NCBI RefSeq assembly: GCF_009914755.1
Contig: NC_060946.1
Length of the DNA stretch: 64,000 nucleotides
Direction: 5' to 3' (one strand)
From: the human T2T-CHM13v2.0 reference genome, Homo sapiens
The translations under genes and the position numbers were made by a program. The notes under the pieces are model-generated. The model did no database searches, had not been told where the DNA came from, and saw only the letters and a list, made by a program, of their open reading frames with translations. Of this stretch, positions 1 through 12,760 are shown one piece after another (within the stretch, counting starts at the first letter, position 1; each line of letters opens with the position of its first letter).

Positions 1-836
1 GGGCTCGTCCTGCTTTCGCCATGTGGACAGCTTCTTCCATGCTTCACTTGCAGACTGAGGACTGCCTATTCCAGCATCGCCAACTAAGGACACCTTGTGT
101 TCAGATCTCGCTCTGCTGCCCCTGCCACCTAGAGGACCTCCTCGCTCATCGCCGATGCCTGGCTGGGGGACAATCTTCCTAAGACGCTCCATTTCATTCA
201 TTTTGTAATGCAAACCTCTCCACTCAACTGTTTCTGCTCCTGTTTAAACAGTTTGCACATCTCCTCTGTTCTTATCATAGCAACCAGAAGCTGTTGCAGT
301 TCCCTGTTTCTGCTTAATTTTGAAATGCAGTTGATGTCAAAGTCTGTGTGTGTATGAATGAATCCATGTTGCTGCAATACGGTGCTGTGGGTGAGGGTGT
401 AATTTAGCAACATCTGGAAGCAGCTCCCTGAGATTTCTGTTCCCAGATCTCACAGATGCAGGATTTCTCAGTCACAAGGAGGAGACAGAGCCAGGCAGCT
501 GCTCACGCTTCCTTCTTCCATCTCACTGTTCCACCCTCGGCCATCGGCGAGGACACAAGGAAGCCACCAGGAGTACCTATGACTCACTTCCCTATGATAG
601 TGTTTCCTGAAGAAATCACAAGCCACCTAATGTGACCTCCTCCCCAAACAAGCATCTCTGCCGTCTGTGGAAGGTCTTTTTTAGGAAGCTCAGGGAGCTG
701 TTTCCAGACATTGCTAAATGATACCTAACCCATGGTATCATATTGCAACAACATGGATTCATTTCTGTGCACACAGATGTTGACGTCCAGTGCACGTCCA
801 CCATATGGCGTTCTACTGGACCTTCTGGGACACTCT

Positions 837-979
837 AGTACTGCCCAGTGAGGGAAATGTTCTCTCTGGTCTAGCAGCCACTGGCAGATTGAGCACATAA
901 GGAACTGAATTTAATTTCATGTCATTTTAGTTCATTTACATTTGAATGTGGCTAGCAGCTACTGTATTGGACAGTTCAG
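837..979. mobile_element. MER3-like hAT-Charlie DNA transposon relic
   Basis: 'gagcac..ggaactgaatttaattt...tgtggctagcagctactgtattggacag' resembles the recalled MER3 consensus. Confidence 0.7.
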
Positions 980-1787
980 TCCTCGAGTACTTCTACTAGG
1001 AAATACATGATAAAGTGAGCTAACAGCTTCCTTCCTACTGCAAACATACAGAAATGCAGAAGAAGTCCTAACTACAAAAAATATTTTCTAAAACCAAGCA
1101 AAACTCAAAGCAAGAAAGAAAATCCTTCTGTGCCAGACCACAGGGGAAATGCAGTCAGGGTACGCAGCTGAGGGTTGGGGACCACAGGGGCGGGCACACG
1201 AATTATGGATAAACCTTGGGACTGAGCTTGCAGGAAGGGGAGGAGCCCCAGGAAGCTTGAGAGAGAGCTGGTTGTATGGGATCCCACGCGTCCTTGTTCC
1301 TCCCCTCTGAACTGCATGCACTCTGGGCCTCCCATGTCCATCAGTACCTTCCAAATATATTTCTCTCCATGGAAGCGTAAAGTTTTGCATATAAAATCTC
1401 TATCGGGAGATTTTTAAATTATTGTCCTTTGGCTAGATTTTCCAACTCTATAATTTCAATTAGCTTTTACTTTTAATAAGGTCTTTTGGTTTTTAACAAC
1501 ACCCTTCTCTTTTTATGAATTTCATCTCTTTATCTCTTGGATGATTCTCATTGTGCTTGTGCTAAAGCCTTGTTAGGACACTCCATCATTTCTAGTTCTT
1601 CAGGGCTGAATTCTCTACATGCTGTGCTGGCAGCCCCTCACTATGGTGCCTTTTCCTTGTGCTTTATACATTCTTTTATCGGCTCATTTCCCTTGAAGTT
1701 GTCCTCACTTGTAGTCCTGCCAGTTCCCTAGAATGTGAAGGTGTTTCTATGGGACAGAATTGTAGAAGTGTTTCATGTGTTCATTAG

Positions 1788-2206
1788 TGATATTGCTTGG
1801 ATGTCTGTCCCCTTCAAATCTCATGTTGAAATGTCATCCCCATTGTTGGAGGTGGGCCTGATGGGAGGTGTTTGGGTCCTGGGGGCAGATTCCCTCATGA
1901 ATGGCTTGCTGCCCTCCCCTGGGTGATTAGTGAGTTCTCATTCTATCATTTCACATGAGAACTCATTTTTTAAAGAGCCCGGCACCTCCTCTCTCTCCCT
2001 TCCTCCCTCTTTTGCCATGTGACACCACTGCTCCTCCTTCACCTTCTGCCTTGAGTAAAAGTTTCCTGAGGCCTCACCAGAAGCCAAGCAGATGCTAGTG
2101 CCATGCCTGTACAGCTTGCAGAGCTGTGAGCCAAATAAAGCTCTTTGCTTTATAAATTACCCAGTCTCGGGTATTCCTTTATAGCAATGCAAAACGGACT
2201 AATACA
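1788..2206 (+). mobile_element. MST (MSTB-like) MaLR solo LTR
   Basis: TGATATTGCTTGGATGTCTGTCCCC start; 'ataaattacccagtctcgggtattcctttatagcaatgcaaaacggactaataca' end. Confidence 0.9.
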
Positions 2207-2831
2207 CTGGTTTTAAATCCACTTGGGCCCTAATTTCTACTTTCAGAGTTTTCCACCATAGCACTGTGTAGATTTAGAGTCCACACAGTCTGGGCTTGGA
2301 GTTCTCACTACCTGGGAGAAACCGTTTCTGCCCAAGGCAGCTTGTTTCCTGTCTGTTTCCTAAGGTTCGGGGAAAGTTGTACTATTTCCTCTCATAAATC
2401 AGATCAATCCTTCCCTGCTCTAAGCTTTTTGCAGAGAGCCCACATCTATCTCTCTTTTAAATATTGGACCCTCCAATCTTCACTCAAGACCTAATGCAGT
2501 CATTGACACACAGCCTTAAGTCACAAGTCTGTTCTAGCACTCCCGAAGCACAGGGTTTCATTTCCCCATTGCTAACCCACATGTTCTCTTGTACTGACTG
2601 GCACCTGAGATTTCCCAGGACTGCTTCTAAATCTGCTATTTACTTTTTTTTTTTAAAAAAAGCTTTGTTTATTAAATAGTACATAATTAAATATTAAAAT
2701 TTAAATGTTGGAAAATTATTTTAATTAACATTAAATTAATAAAGAAAAATAACTTGTCTTTTTTGTTGTTTTAACACATTTATATATTGTGTTTGGAGCA
2801 GAAAAGGAATTTCTCACATAGCTCATTTCAC

Positions 2832-3339
2832 TGTTTTTCCAACTATCTATTGTGGCTGCCTAAGAAACCACCACAAAACTTAGTGGCTTATACCACTAAC
2901 AAACTTTGCCCTTGCTTACATGTCCATAATTTGGGCAGGACCCAGCAAGGATGGCTCATGTCTGTTCCATGTAGTCACTAAGGGCAGCCTGATGGGGCTA
3001 GAGAACCCACTTCCAGGACAGCTCAGTCCGTGCTGGAGCTCAGTGGGTACTGTCAACTGGGGCCTCAGCTCTTCTCCATAAGGGGTCCCTCTGCGTGGTT
3101 GATTGTACTTCCTCACAACATGGTTGCTTGGTGCCAAAAGCCAGTATTCCAAGACACAAGAAGTGACAGATTCCAGCCTCTTAAGGACTGTGACTGAAAA
3201 CCAGCATAGTGTGGTGGCTGCTGTATTTTAGTGTCAGGTATCACAGAGGTCGCCCAGATTTAAGGGGAAGGGGGCATAAATTGTTCCTCTAAATGGGAGG
3301 ACTAGCAAAAGACTTGCAGCCATCTTTAATCTACCATAT
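2832..3339 (-). mobile_element. MLT1 (MLT1F/G-like) MaLR LTR
   Basis: 'caaaacttagtggctta...ggggcctcagctcttctcca...cagccatctttaatctacca' typical of antisense MLT1; ends approximate. Confidence 0.75.
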
Positions 3340-3410
3340 CATAGTAGTGGAGGTCTCCAATCTTCTTTTCTTTCAAGCTCTAGATTTTTAAAACACTTAT
3401 CACTGGAAAT

Positions 3411-3857
3411 TGCCAACCTAAATAACAAACAGAGAAAGGCTCTCTAAAATAAAATGATATTTCTTCAGGAATTGGGCATTGCAATGAGAATGCACATTCC
3501 ATAGTAAGCGATGCACATATTCAGAAAAGTAAAGGAAGGCAAAGCTTTCTAAGGAAAAAGTGAGGAGGATTGTATAATTGTTCTGAGATCGTTATCCTTG
3601 GCTAAGAGAGTAATGACAAGGGTGAGACCAGTCTAAGACTGAACATGCAGTTGCTAGGCAGATGTCTTGAAGAAGTATGTTTTGTGTAAGGTTGCAATGG
3701 CCTTTGTGCAAGGTTGGGTGTTTCTCAGTCTTTTGTGATAGTTTGTGTTATCCGGCATTTATGGGTGAGAACCCTCCCTGCATGGCCTTCCCCAGCTCTA
3801 TCTGTCAGGGTTTCTTTAAACCCAAGTGACTTCATTTTTACTCTGACAACTTTCACA
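3411..3857 (-). mobile_element. MER65-like ERV1 solo LTR
   Basis: Minus strand begins TGTGAAAGTTGTCAGAGTAAAAATGAAGTCAC; 4-bp TSD AAAT at 3407-3410 and 3858-3861. Confidence 0.8.
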
Positions 3858-4212
3858 AAATGTATCTGAGTATGCCCGCAATCCAAGATTCCTCTACATT
3901 CCAAATTCTCTTTTTCCTTTTCAAAATAAGGTATTCAGCATAGTTAGGATGGGAGCCTACCACTTTACCTAAAATCAGCAAACTTAAAGCAATTTGCCTG
4001 ATGATCAATTACCTAATTCCCAGCTAACTTAAACGTCAACATATTTTATAACCTGTTTGTATGCACCACTAAATCTTATGTTTTTTCCCCTTTTGGTGGG
4101 AAGGGGGTTGTACTTTGAGATATTTTAAGAACACATTTCACTTATTCTTCCAAAAGGCATGTCATAAAAATTACACTTCTGATAAACATTTATTAAGTGC
4201 AAAGAGGGTTAG

Positions 4213-4550
<338 letters not shown>

Positions 4551-5169
4551 CAATTTTGAATTTTTAAAGGGCTTCTTGATCCATTCCCTGAAGCCTGATC
4601 TGTCGGCACCGTGGATAGCACATGCTGTGTGTATCACTAGGGCCCGGTGGTCAACAGCCCAGTAATCCCAGGAGTCCCAGGCACCCCCAGGAGCTGTTGC
4701 TGGACTTGAATTTTTGTCCTAGAATTTGCCCTTAGCAATCAAGCTTCTCATAGAAAGTCACGCTACCACCCAAATGGATGCTTGGAGATAGGAAGGATGC
4801 CAGAGTTGCCAGGGCCAAGCGCAAGGGCTACCAGAGACGAGCAGGTGCATTAGTAGAGTTGGGATAATCCAATAAATGTCAAAAACCAAAAAATTTAAAT
4901 CCACATCAACTGACTGTTAGCAAATTAATTACTAAGGAAAATGATTTTAAAGCTTTTGGAAACTGAGCCAGATGGGGATGTGAGACGCGGTCATGGTCAG
5001 CGTGGAAGCTGACTGTGTGGATGGGTTCCTTTGTTCTTTCATTGCATGAGTCTCTGTCGTGTAATCTCTGTTCAGTGATGACAACATCCGGCTTTGAAGT
5101 CCACAGCCCCAGGTTTGGACACAGCACCACCCATGACACACGATGGAATTGTGAACAGATCCTCACCCT

Positions 5170-5495
5170 CCTGAGCCTTAGGTAATAACAGGGCTCCTTG
5201 AAAAGGTTGTTGTTAGAATTAAATAAGCTAATGCTTGTAAAGGCTTAGCCATTTACAAACATGTCCTCACCTCCAGACAGGGTGGCGGCCGGGCAGAGGT
5301 GCTCCTCACCTCCCAGACGGGGCGGCCGGGCAGAGGCGCTCCTCACTTCCCAGACGGGGTGGCCGGGCAGAGGCGCTCCTCACATCCCAGATGATGGGTG
5401 GCCAGGCAGAGACGCTCCTCACTTCCTAGACGGGGTTTACAAGCCATTTACAAGTATGTCTGTGCCAGGACATAGTAAGAAATGAATAAATGCTC
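5170..5495 (+). mobile_element. MIR 3' part, interrupted by the SVA VNTR fragment
   Basis: 'ggttgttgttagaattaaataagctaatgcttgtaaaggcttagc' ... 'gtgccaggacatagtaagaaatgaataaatg'. Confidence 0.6.
5264..5435 (-). mobile_element. SVA-type VNTR fragment (about 4.5 units of 37-40 bp)
   Basis: Units 'tcctcacttcccagacggggtggccgggcagaggcgc' match the antisense SVA VNTR; no hexamer, Alu-like domain, SINE-R or tail. Confidence 0.9.
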
Positions 5496-6314
5496 CATGC
5501 TATTTTTGTTTTCTCTGACCTATCTCTCTCAATAGGTTATAAATCCTCAGTGGAGAGGGTATGTGAGAACTTGGTCACCTCTAACTTCCTTGCCATATTC
5601 CAAAGACTGGAAGGAGCAAAGCTTAAGACAATTGCCTTAGGAATAGCAACATGGGTTATAAAACCTTTCTTTCAATGACCATATTTTTATATTGTCAGAA
5701 TTTCCTTCTGGTTCTTTTTTTAAGCCACCTGTTCATTTTCTTCATAATGTCCTACTTTTGTCTATGCACTCTATTTCTTTGACTCACTGAAAAACTTAAA
5801 CATACTCATTTTAACATCTTCACATTGCTCTGTCATCTGCAGTTCTGGAATGCCAGTTCTTTTGTGTGCTGAGTGTTCTCTGTATTTTCTTACTCTAAGT
5901 GCATATTTCATGAGAACTGGTTTTCATAGGCGTTCTGAGCACCATTGGTGGTGAAAATCTCCCTGTGCAGTGATTTTGCATTTGCATCTGTTAAAGCCAA
6001 GTTGGTCTGCTTTCTCACTTCAGGGTTTTTTTGACACAAACATGGACCCTATGCATCACAGAATTGGCATTCCAAAATCAGTGACCCATGGCAGGGAGCA
6101 GGTTCCCATTTGGTGGTCCCATTCCCTGAAGTTTCAGACCCCATATTTATGCAGGAAACTCCATTCCAGATCTCCCCAATCCTGGGGCCAAGAGCTGCAG
6201 GTCAGCCTTGTATCTACTGCTGACATTGCACTTAAACTCCCACTCTTGCCTCTGGTTTTGAGCCCCATCTTCTTCTGGTATCTGAGGCTTTCCCTTGCTT
6301 TAAAGTTCTACTAT

Positions 6315-6600
6315 GGCTGGGCACCATGGCTCATGCCTGTAATCCCAACACTTTAGGAGGCCGAGGTGGGTGGACCACGAGGTCAGAAGTTCATGACCAG
6401 CCTGGCCAACACGGTGAAACCCCATCTGTACTAAAAATAAAAAAATTAGCCAGGTGTGGTGGTGTGTGCCTGTAATCCCAGGTACTTAGGAGGGTGAGGC
6501 AGGAGAAACGCTTGAACCTGGGAGGCTGCAGTCAGCCGAGATTGCGCCACTGCACTCCAGCCTGGGTGACAGAGCGAGACTCCATCTCAAAATAAATAAA
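6315..6600 (+). mobile_element. Alu (AluSg-like)
   Basis: Dimer with (AAAT)n tail; 13-bp TSD taaagttctacta at 6301-6313 and 6601-6613. Confidence 0.97.
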
Positions 6601-7649
6601 TAAAGTTCTACTACGTATTTACAATGTTTTGTTATATTATGTCCATCATTTCTGCATGTTTGATGCAAGGGGAAGCATCCTATGTCAATTCATTTTGGCT
6701 TATTGACTATAATTTATAAGAAATATACCTGATGCATTTAGCTGGTAAGAGTGCTAACAAAACTAGCAATGGCCATTTGATGTATGCATCACCCTCGTGT
6801 TTGAAGCTCCTTTGTTGGCTGTTATATAGATTAGTCCTCACAACCGTTCTGTGGGTTAGATATTCTTATCCCCATTTTATACATAAAGAATTATGGTTCA
6901 TAGAATAGAATCAGAACTCAGAATGAACACTTGCTTGCTTTTCAAAAAGGAAAGGGCATAATTGGCTCTGTTCCATCCACAACTGTAGAGAAGCTTCTGG
7001 AACTCAGGGCTTCCAGGAAGACCAGCAATAGTGAGATGCAGGCTACTTATGCAGCTTACAAAATACAGGATGGGGTTAAAGATGGCAGGCAGTGAGCAAG
7101 CATGGCAGAGACAAATGCAATTGTGCCACGTCTTTTGTGAGCCCACTCAGTTAAATAGTCTTTAGGGAAATCTGAGGGTTTCTGTGTCTAAGGTAAGGCC
7201 TGCTAAGAACAACTTGAGGCTGTTATAAACCAAGGAAGTGACACTGCTTAGAAAGCGTCACTGCCAGTCCCAAGTAAAGCACTCAGGAGTGGAGGGAAAA
7301 GGAGAGAGTGTGGCTTTTTGAAGGAAGATGTCCATCACGGCATTATTTATAACAGAACTACAGCAATGCCGACAACATCCCAGGCCCCCCATGCCAGGAC
7401 TCTGAGGACCACAAGGCTGCAAGGATGTGTCTCCATCATGGAAGAGCCTCCTGGCCCCTTATGGGGCAGAATGCAGTGGGCTCAGGACCTTGGCAGACAC
7501 ACTCAGGGCAACAGGCAGTAGCCCAATCCCCCCTCTCCCCCGCCACCAAATAGGCACATGGCCAATCTCTGCAGTAATTTAAAACAATCACTGAAGACAC
7601 TGGCAAAATGGAGAAAAGGCTTATGGTGAGGGGAAATGATAGGCTCAAG

Positions 7650-8110
7650 TGGAAACCAGCCCAATTGCCCTGCAGAACTAATGTTTATGTTTTGTTTTTT
7701 TTAATAAACCTAGAAATTGCCCCTTAGGTCTTAAAACTTGAGAAATTTACATGTGTCCTATCTGAGTTCCTTTCTCAAGAAACCAACCCTCAGGCCTCCC
7801 AGAGAGAATCAAGGAAATGAAACTCACAAAATCACCGCAGCCAGACAATGAGACTCCAGACCCCTCACCCATGATGATTTCCTTACCCTCTCTCATTCCT
7901 GTTTTTCTGCACATAGTTAGATTTCTTCCCTGCTATATAAATCCCTGGTTTTAGTTGATCAGGGAGATGGATTTGAGGCTGATCTCCCATCTCTTCATCT
8001 GCAGCACTGGATTAAAGCCTTCTTCCTCGGCAATACCTGTTGTCTCAGTGACTGGCTTCCTGCACGGTAAGCAGCCGAACCGAAACCTGACCCCTGGCAT
8101 TTCAGTAACA
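7650..8110 (+). mobile_element. LTR26-like ERV1 solo LTR
   Basis: 'gaaaccagcccaattgccc..gaactaatgtttatg' start; TATATAAA and ATTAAA signals; 'gtaaca' end; subfamily from memory. Confidence 0.75.
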
Positions 8111-8734
8111 AAATGGATCATATACCAATTACAACTGTGTAAAATTTGCTTATTTACCAAGCTGTATGAGAAAATGGAAAAGTCCCCCAGCCAGGACAGA
8201 GCTGGACAGAGGCAGCCTGTGTCACTCATCTAGACAATGCCCCTGAAAGGCCAGACATCCTGGGTCACCAACAGGCGAGGGCTGAGTGGTGTGATAGTGA
8301 CTCAGGGCAGGCTGTTTTTGAGGCCTCTCCAGAGTCCCCTGGGAGCTGAGAGACCTAGAATCTGTCAGGCTCCCAGTGTGAGTCCCGTGCTGTCCTCCAG
8401 TGAGCCAAGAAGCTGGCCCTGCAAGATGCCTTCCCAATTCGTATCATTCCATGCACACCCCTTGTCCTCAAGATCTAAGCAGACTGACATTTCTTTAAAA
8501 AAAAAAAGAGTGCTTTATCCTCTGAGACTTTTTCCTCCCTGGGGGAAGGCTGCCCTTTTCTCTGTGTTCCTTTAACCCCCTGATTGCACCCTGAATCCCA
8601 GGTAATTGATGAGTCTATTGTCTTGCAACACCAGCACCCAGAAAGCAGAACATAAACCCCAGCCAGAGCTGGCAGAAACAAGGGGATACCCAGCCAGGTG
8701 GAGGCATATCCCACCACTGCCACCACCAACAATT

Positions 8735-8960
8735 AGTAATGATAACAATGATAATAGGTGCCCTGTTTTGAGTCCCAGCTCTGTGACCACTGTCCCAGGA
8801 GGCTGGCATGCATTATTTCACTAAAGTTTCATGATGATACCACTAGGTGAATGTTACAATCCAAAATTATAATAGCAAGGAAACAAACTCAGAGGGGTCA
8901 GTAACTTGTCCAAAGGCACTCAGGTAGGAAGAGGCAGAGGTAAGAACTGACGCCTGCTGG
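8735..8960 (-). mobile_element. MIR
   Basis: Core 'aaggaaacaaactcagaggggtcagtaacttgtccaaaggcactcagg'. Confidence 0.7.
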
Positions 8961-9681
8961 CTATGATGGCAGGGCCAGGCCCTGTGCTCCATGTGGTGAG
9001 GGCTCTGGAGCAGGGACCAGGTAGAAATAATCCCTTTTCTCTGTGCAGTTGGGGTCAGGAAGCCCCAAGGCCCAAGACAGAGCCCAGCTCTAGTCACGCT
9101 TAAGGATGGAGCAGTGAAGGGGTTGGGTCTCACACAAGGCAGGGGGCTGAGAGCAGGTACGGGGGCTTAGTGGAGTCCATGGTGAAGCAAGGCAGGACTC
9201 AAACCCACCCATGGGGTCGGGTCAAGTTAGGGGCCTACAGAGACCTCACAAGCGGGGTTAGGTGAAAGAGACCCAGCCAGAACTGGCAAGTGGCCACCCC
9301 ACACCCAGCCCTGGCTGTCATGGCCACACCCTGGCAGAGGGGGAGGGAGGGGACGCCTACCTACCACCGTCACCAGAATCTCAGGTTCATGTGCAGAACC
9401 ATCACTGTTCAGACCATGAGCAAAAGTGAGTGAGGACACATCCAGAGCCCCTGACTATCCCCAGCCAAATGGAAACCTCCCTTGGTCCCGGACCAGCTGG
9501 GCCAGCCCACAGGGGTTACACGTCACCAGCAGCTGGGATGTGGCTAGTGCAGGCAGGGACATGTGGGAGCCCCTATGGCAAGGACAGCATCCACTCTGGT
9601 TCTTCTTGTACCTCCTGAGTCAGAGCTGAGGCTGGTAGAGAGAGGGTGTCACTGTATGTCTGATGGGCAGGTGGGTGGGTG

Positions 9682-9737
9682 GATGAATGAATGAATGAAT
9701 GAGTGGATGTATTATTTAATGAATGAATGAATGAATG
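9682..9737. repeat. (TGAA)n simple repeat, probable L2 tail
   Basis: Two runs of atgaatgaatga. Confidence 0.7.
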
Positions 9738-10402
9738 GCTTCCCAACAGATAATGCCAAGCGACCCCATCCAGAGCTTAACCAATGAGTAAGTGAGCCAA
9801 GGAATGAATTCACTTCCCCTCACCCCGCCCCTGCCTTCTCCGGGTCTGGCCTGGGACATGGCTAGGCGGCTTCTCCATGGCAGGCCCCCAGTAGAAGCAG
9901 CCACTCAGCGAGGCCAGAGAGGTCATATAGGCACATCTCCCTGGCTCTCCCTCTCTCCCTGCTTCCCCGTGTGCGCCTCACTCCCGCCCACCGGGGCTGG
10001 ACCCTCTCATAAAACAGCACGTCAGGGTTCTGCCTCGGGATCCACTTTCTAGAGAAGTCAGGCTGAGGCCAACAATCCCTCTGCAGGAACACAAGACTGT
10101 GAGCTCCGTGCTGGCAGGGGCTGCGTCCCAGCTGTGGAGAGCCTCCTAGCACCCAACAGGGAGCAAGTCCATGCCTGGCAAGTGCCGGAGCAGGCTGGGC
10201 AGCATCCACAGCAGGAAAGTGTCAGGTGGGAAGCCACAGACAGCACAGGGTGGGAAAGCAAAGGGCAGGAAGCCCCTGTATCCCATGGATTAACTGTGGT
10301 AGCTGCTATAATTATCTCCATTTCATAAAGGAGGCTTGGAAGGGTTAGCCTTGGTCAAGGGTCACAGTTAGTAAGACAGCAACGAAGCTGCAACCCTGGC
10401 CG

Positions 10403-10940
10403 TGCCTGTCTGCCTGCCTGTCCACCTATCCTCCTGTCCTCCTGTTCACCTGCCCTCCTGTCTGCCTGTCCACCTGTCCTCCTGTCCACCTGTTTTCCTG
10501 TCCACCTGTCCTCCTTTCTGCCTGCCCTCCTGTCCACTTGTCTGCCTGTCCGCCTGTCCTTCTATCCACCTATCCTCCTGACCGCCCATCCTCCTGCCTG
10601 TCCACCTGTCCACCTGTCCTCCTGTTCACCTGCCCTCCTGTCTGTCTGTCCACCTGTCTGCCTGTTTTCCTGTCCACCTGTCCTGTTTGCCTGCCCTCCT
10701 GTACACTTGTCTGCCTGTCCGCCTGTCCTTCTGTCCACCTATCCTCCTGACCGTCTGTCCTCCTGTCTGCCTGTCCACCTGTCCTCCTGTCCACCTGTTT
10801 TCCTGTCCACCTGTCCGCCTGTCCTCCTGTCTACTTGTCTGCCTGTCTACCTGTCCTTCTGTCCACCTATCCTCCTGACCTCCTGTCCTCCTGTCTGCTT
10901 GTCCACCTATCCACCTGTTCTTCTGTCCGCCTGTCCGCTT
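10403..10940. repeat. Pyrimidine-rich degenerate tandem repeat (CCTGTCCA/CCTGTCCT/CCTGTCTG units)
   Basis: Directly visible; about 540 bp with internal block duplications. Confidence 0.95.
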
Positions 10941-11870
10941 GCACATCCCACACTTTCAGCCATGACATCTCACCAGGCGCCTTGCCTGCTCTCTTCTGAT
11001 TGGCTGGCATTGCCCACAAGGTGGGGCTTCTTGGTTCTGGGCACCTTCTCTCAGCTCCCCCAGTGGGGTGGCAGTGAAGTCAGCTGGAGGAGGAGAGCCT
11101 GGATGCAGGGGTGGTGGCCACAGGCAGTGTTTGTGGGGCAGATGGTTACTGAGACCCACTGGCAAATGACAGTCGAAGACACACACGAAAGGAGCCTCCA
11201 CACAGAGTGTGGAACCGGCCTGTGTTCCAGGTGCATCTTAGAAGGCCAACCACACAGGCCCCATGGCCACTGGCAGGTGTTTGTGCATCACGGCCCCTTT
11301 GGTGGGGAGGAAACAGGGCCAAGAAACAGAACACATGGAGTCAATAACACAGCAGGGCTGCACCAACGAGGGGCCTAGCCAGACAGGCAGCCTCGGCCTC
11401 AGGAAAATGAATCGTTTTAGCAGAGCAAACAGGCCCCCAGAGCTCCTTGGCAGGACAAGGGATGTGAGGGCGGGATAGGCCCTCACTCCCACCCCTGAAG
11501 TGTTCTTTGGGTCACATTGATCCTGACTGCCGGGGACAGTGTGCTGTTGATTCTGAAAGAAACACAACATTCTCAGCCAAAATCACAGGCAATAAAGACA
11601 ACAGTGGAGTAAGCTGATGCCTCACCTGCATACGCAAAAAATAACATCCAAGCCCCAGAATTGCAGGGAGGCGGGGGAGAGGGCCCAGGCAGTGCTCAGA
11701 GGCAGTGCTTCCAGAACGCCGCCTCCGCTCCTGGAGCTACGCCCCCGGGGAAGAACGGGACCCTGAATCCAGCTCAAATCAGAAAGGAGTTCTCCAGACA
11801 GAACAGATGGGACAAGTGGACGAAAACCCCAGTGATGCCAGGAGGAAGGCACTTATCAAAGCTTCAGACT

Positions 11871-12080
11871 CTAGAGCTGAGATTGGCAAACCATGACCTG
11901 CCCAGCAGACACAGCCCATGAGCTAAGAGTTGTGTTCACATCTTTACAGGGTTGGAAAGAGAAGATGGAAAATGAGAACGATAGAAAGAGGGAGAGAGAC
12001 AGGAAAAAGGAGAGGGAGAAGGAGGAGGAGAGAAAGAAGAGACAAAGCCCAAATGTGGCCTGCAAAGCCTGTCTAGCCCT
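11871..12080. mobile_element. MER58-like hAT relic with internal GA-rich low-complexity tract
   Basis: 'ttggcaaaccatgacc..cagcccatgagctaagagttgtgttcacatcttt' and 'atgtggcctgcaaagcct'. Confidence 0.55.
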
Positions 12081-12364
12081 GTACAAAACAAAAACACAAA
12101 GGTTTCTGTCTGTGATGCGGAAGGTAAGATGAGGCCAGAAACAGGTGCTGTCGAAGTCAGCAGTTTACAGGATAAAGAGCAAGAAAACTCGGGAATATTG
12201 AAGCGAGGGGCTCACTCCCAAGTCCAGGAGCTCCAGAGAGGCCGGAGAGCCCCTTGTGGAGTGTGGGAAGAGAGTGGGGTGAGGTGCTTGGAAGCCCTGT
12301 TTCTCCATTCCACTGGGAAATGCTTGGGGGCTGTCCACATCCAGCCGTAGACACAAACTCTAGA

Positions 12365-12568
12365 GGTGATGCCACCTAGCAAAGCCTCCTGCGATGATGG
12401 AAATGAGCCAAATCTACCCAATATGGCGGACACAAGCCACACGTGGATACCAAGCACCTGAAAGGCGGCTCATGCACCTGAGAAACTGAATTTTATTTTC
12501 ATTTCATTTTCACTCATTTAATCTCTACGAGCTATGCGTGGCTGGAGGCTCCTGTATGGGAAAGTGCC
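12365..12568. mobile_element. MER3-like hAT-Charlie relic
   Basis: 'ctgcgatgatggaaatg...agccacacgtgg...gagaaactgaattttatttt'. Confidence 0.75.
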
Positions 12569-12589
12569 ACGCAGAGCCAGCTTGCCCAG

Positions 12590-12760
12590 ACTTTGAAGTC
12601 CAGTTGTGACATGTCACTGTGTGGCCTTAGACATACTGGCTCGCCTCGCTGTGCCTCAGTTTCCCCTTCTGTAGAATGTAGATAGTAACAGCGCCTGCCC
12701 AGGGTTGCTCTGAAGACATGAGGGTCACTTCGCATGGACCACTCAGGGCAGGCGGCACTT
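12590..12760 (+). mobile_element. MIR
   Basis: Core 'ctgtgcctcagtttccccttctgtagaatg'. Confidence 0.7.

Noticed and set aside
9338-9352. G-quadruplex
   Set aside because: Only three G-tracts
10355-11378. Cys/Pro-rich and Arg/Gly-rich ORFs (up to 223 aa)
   Set aside because: By-products of a stop-poor simple repeat
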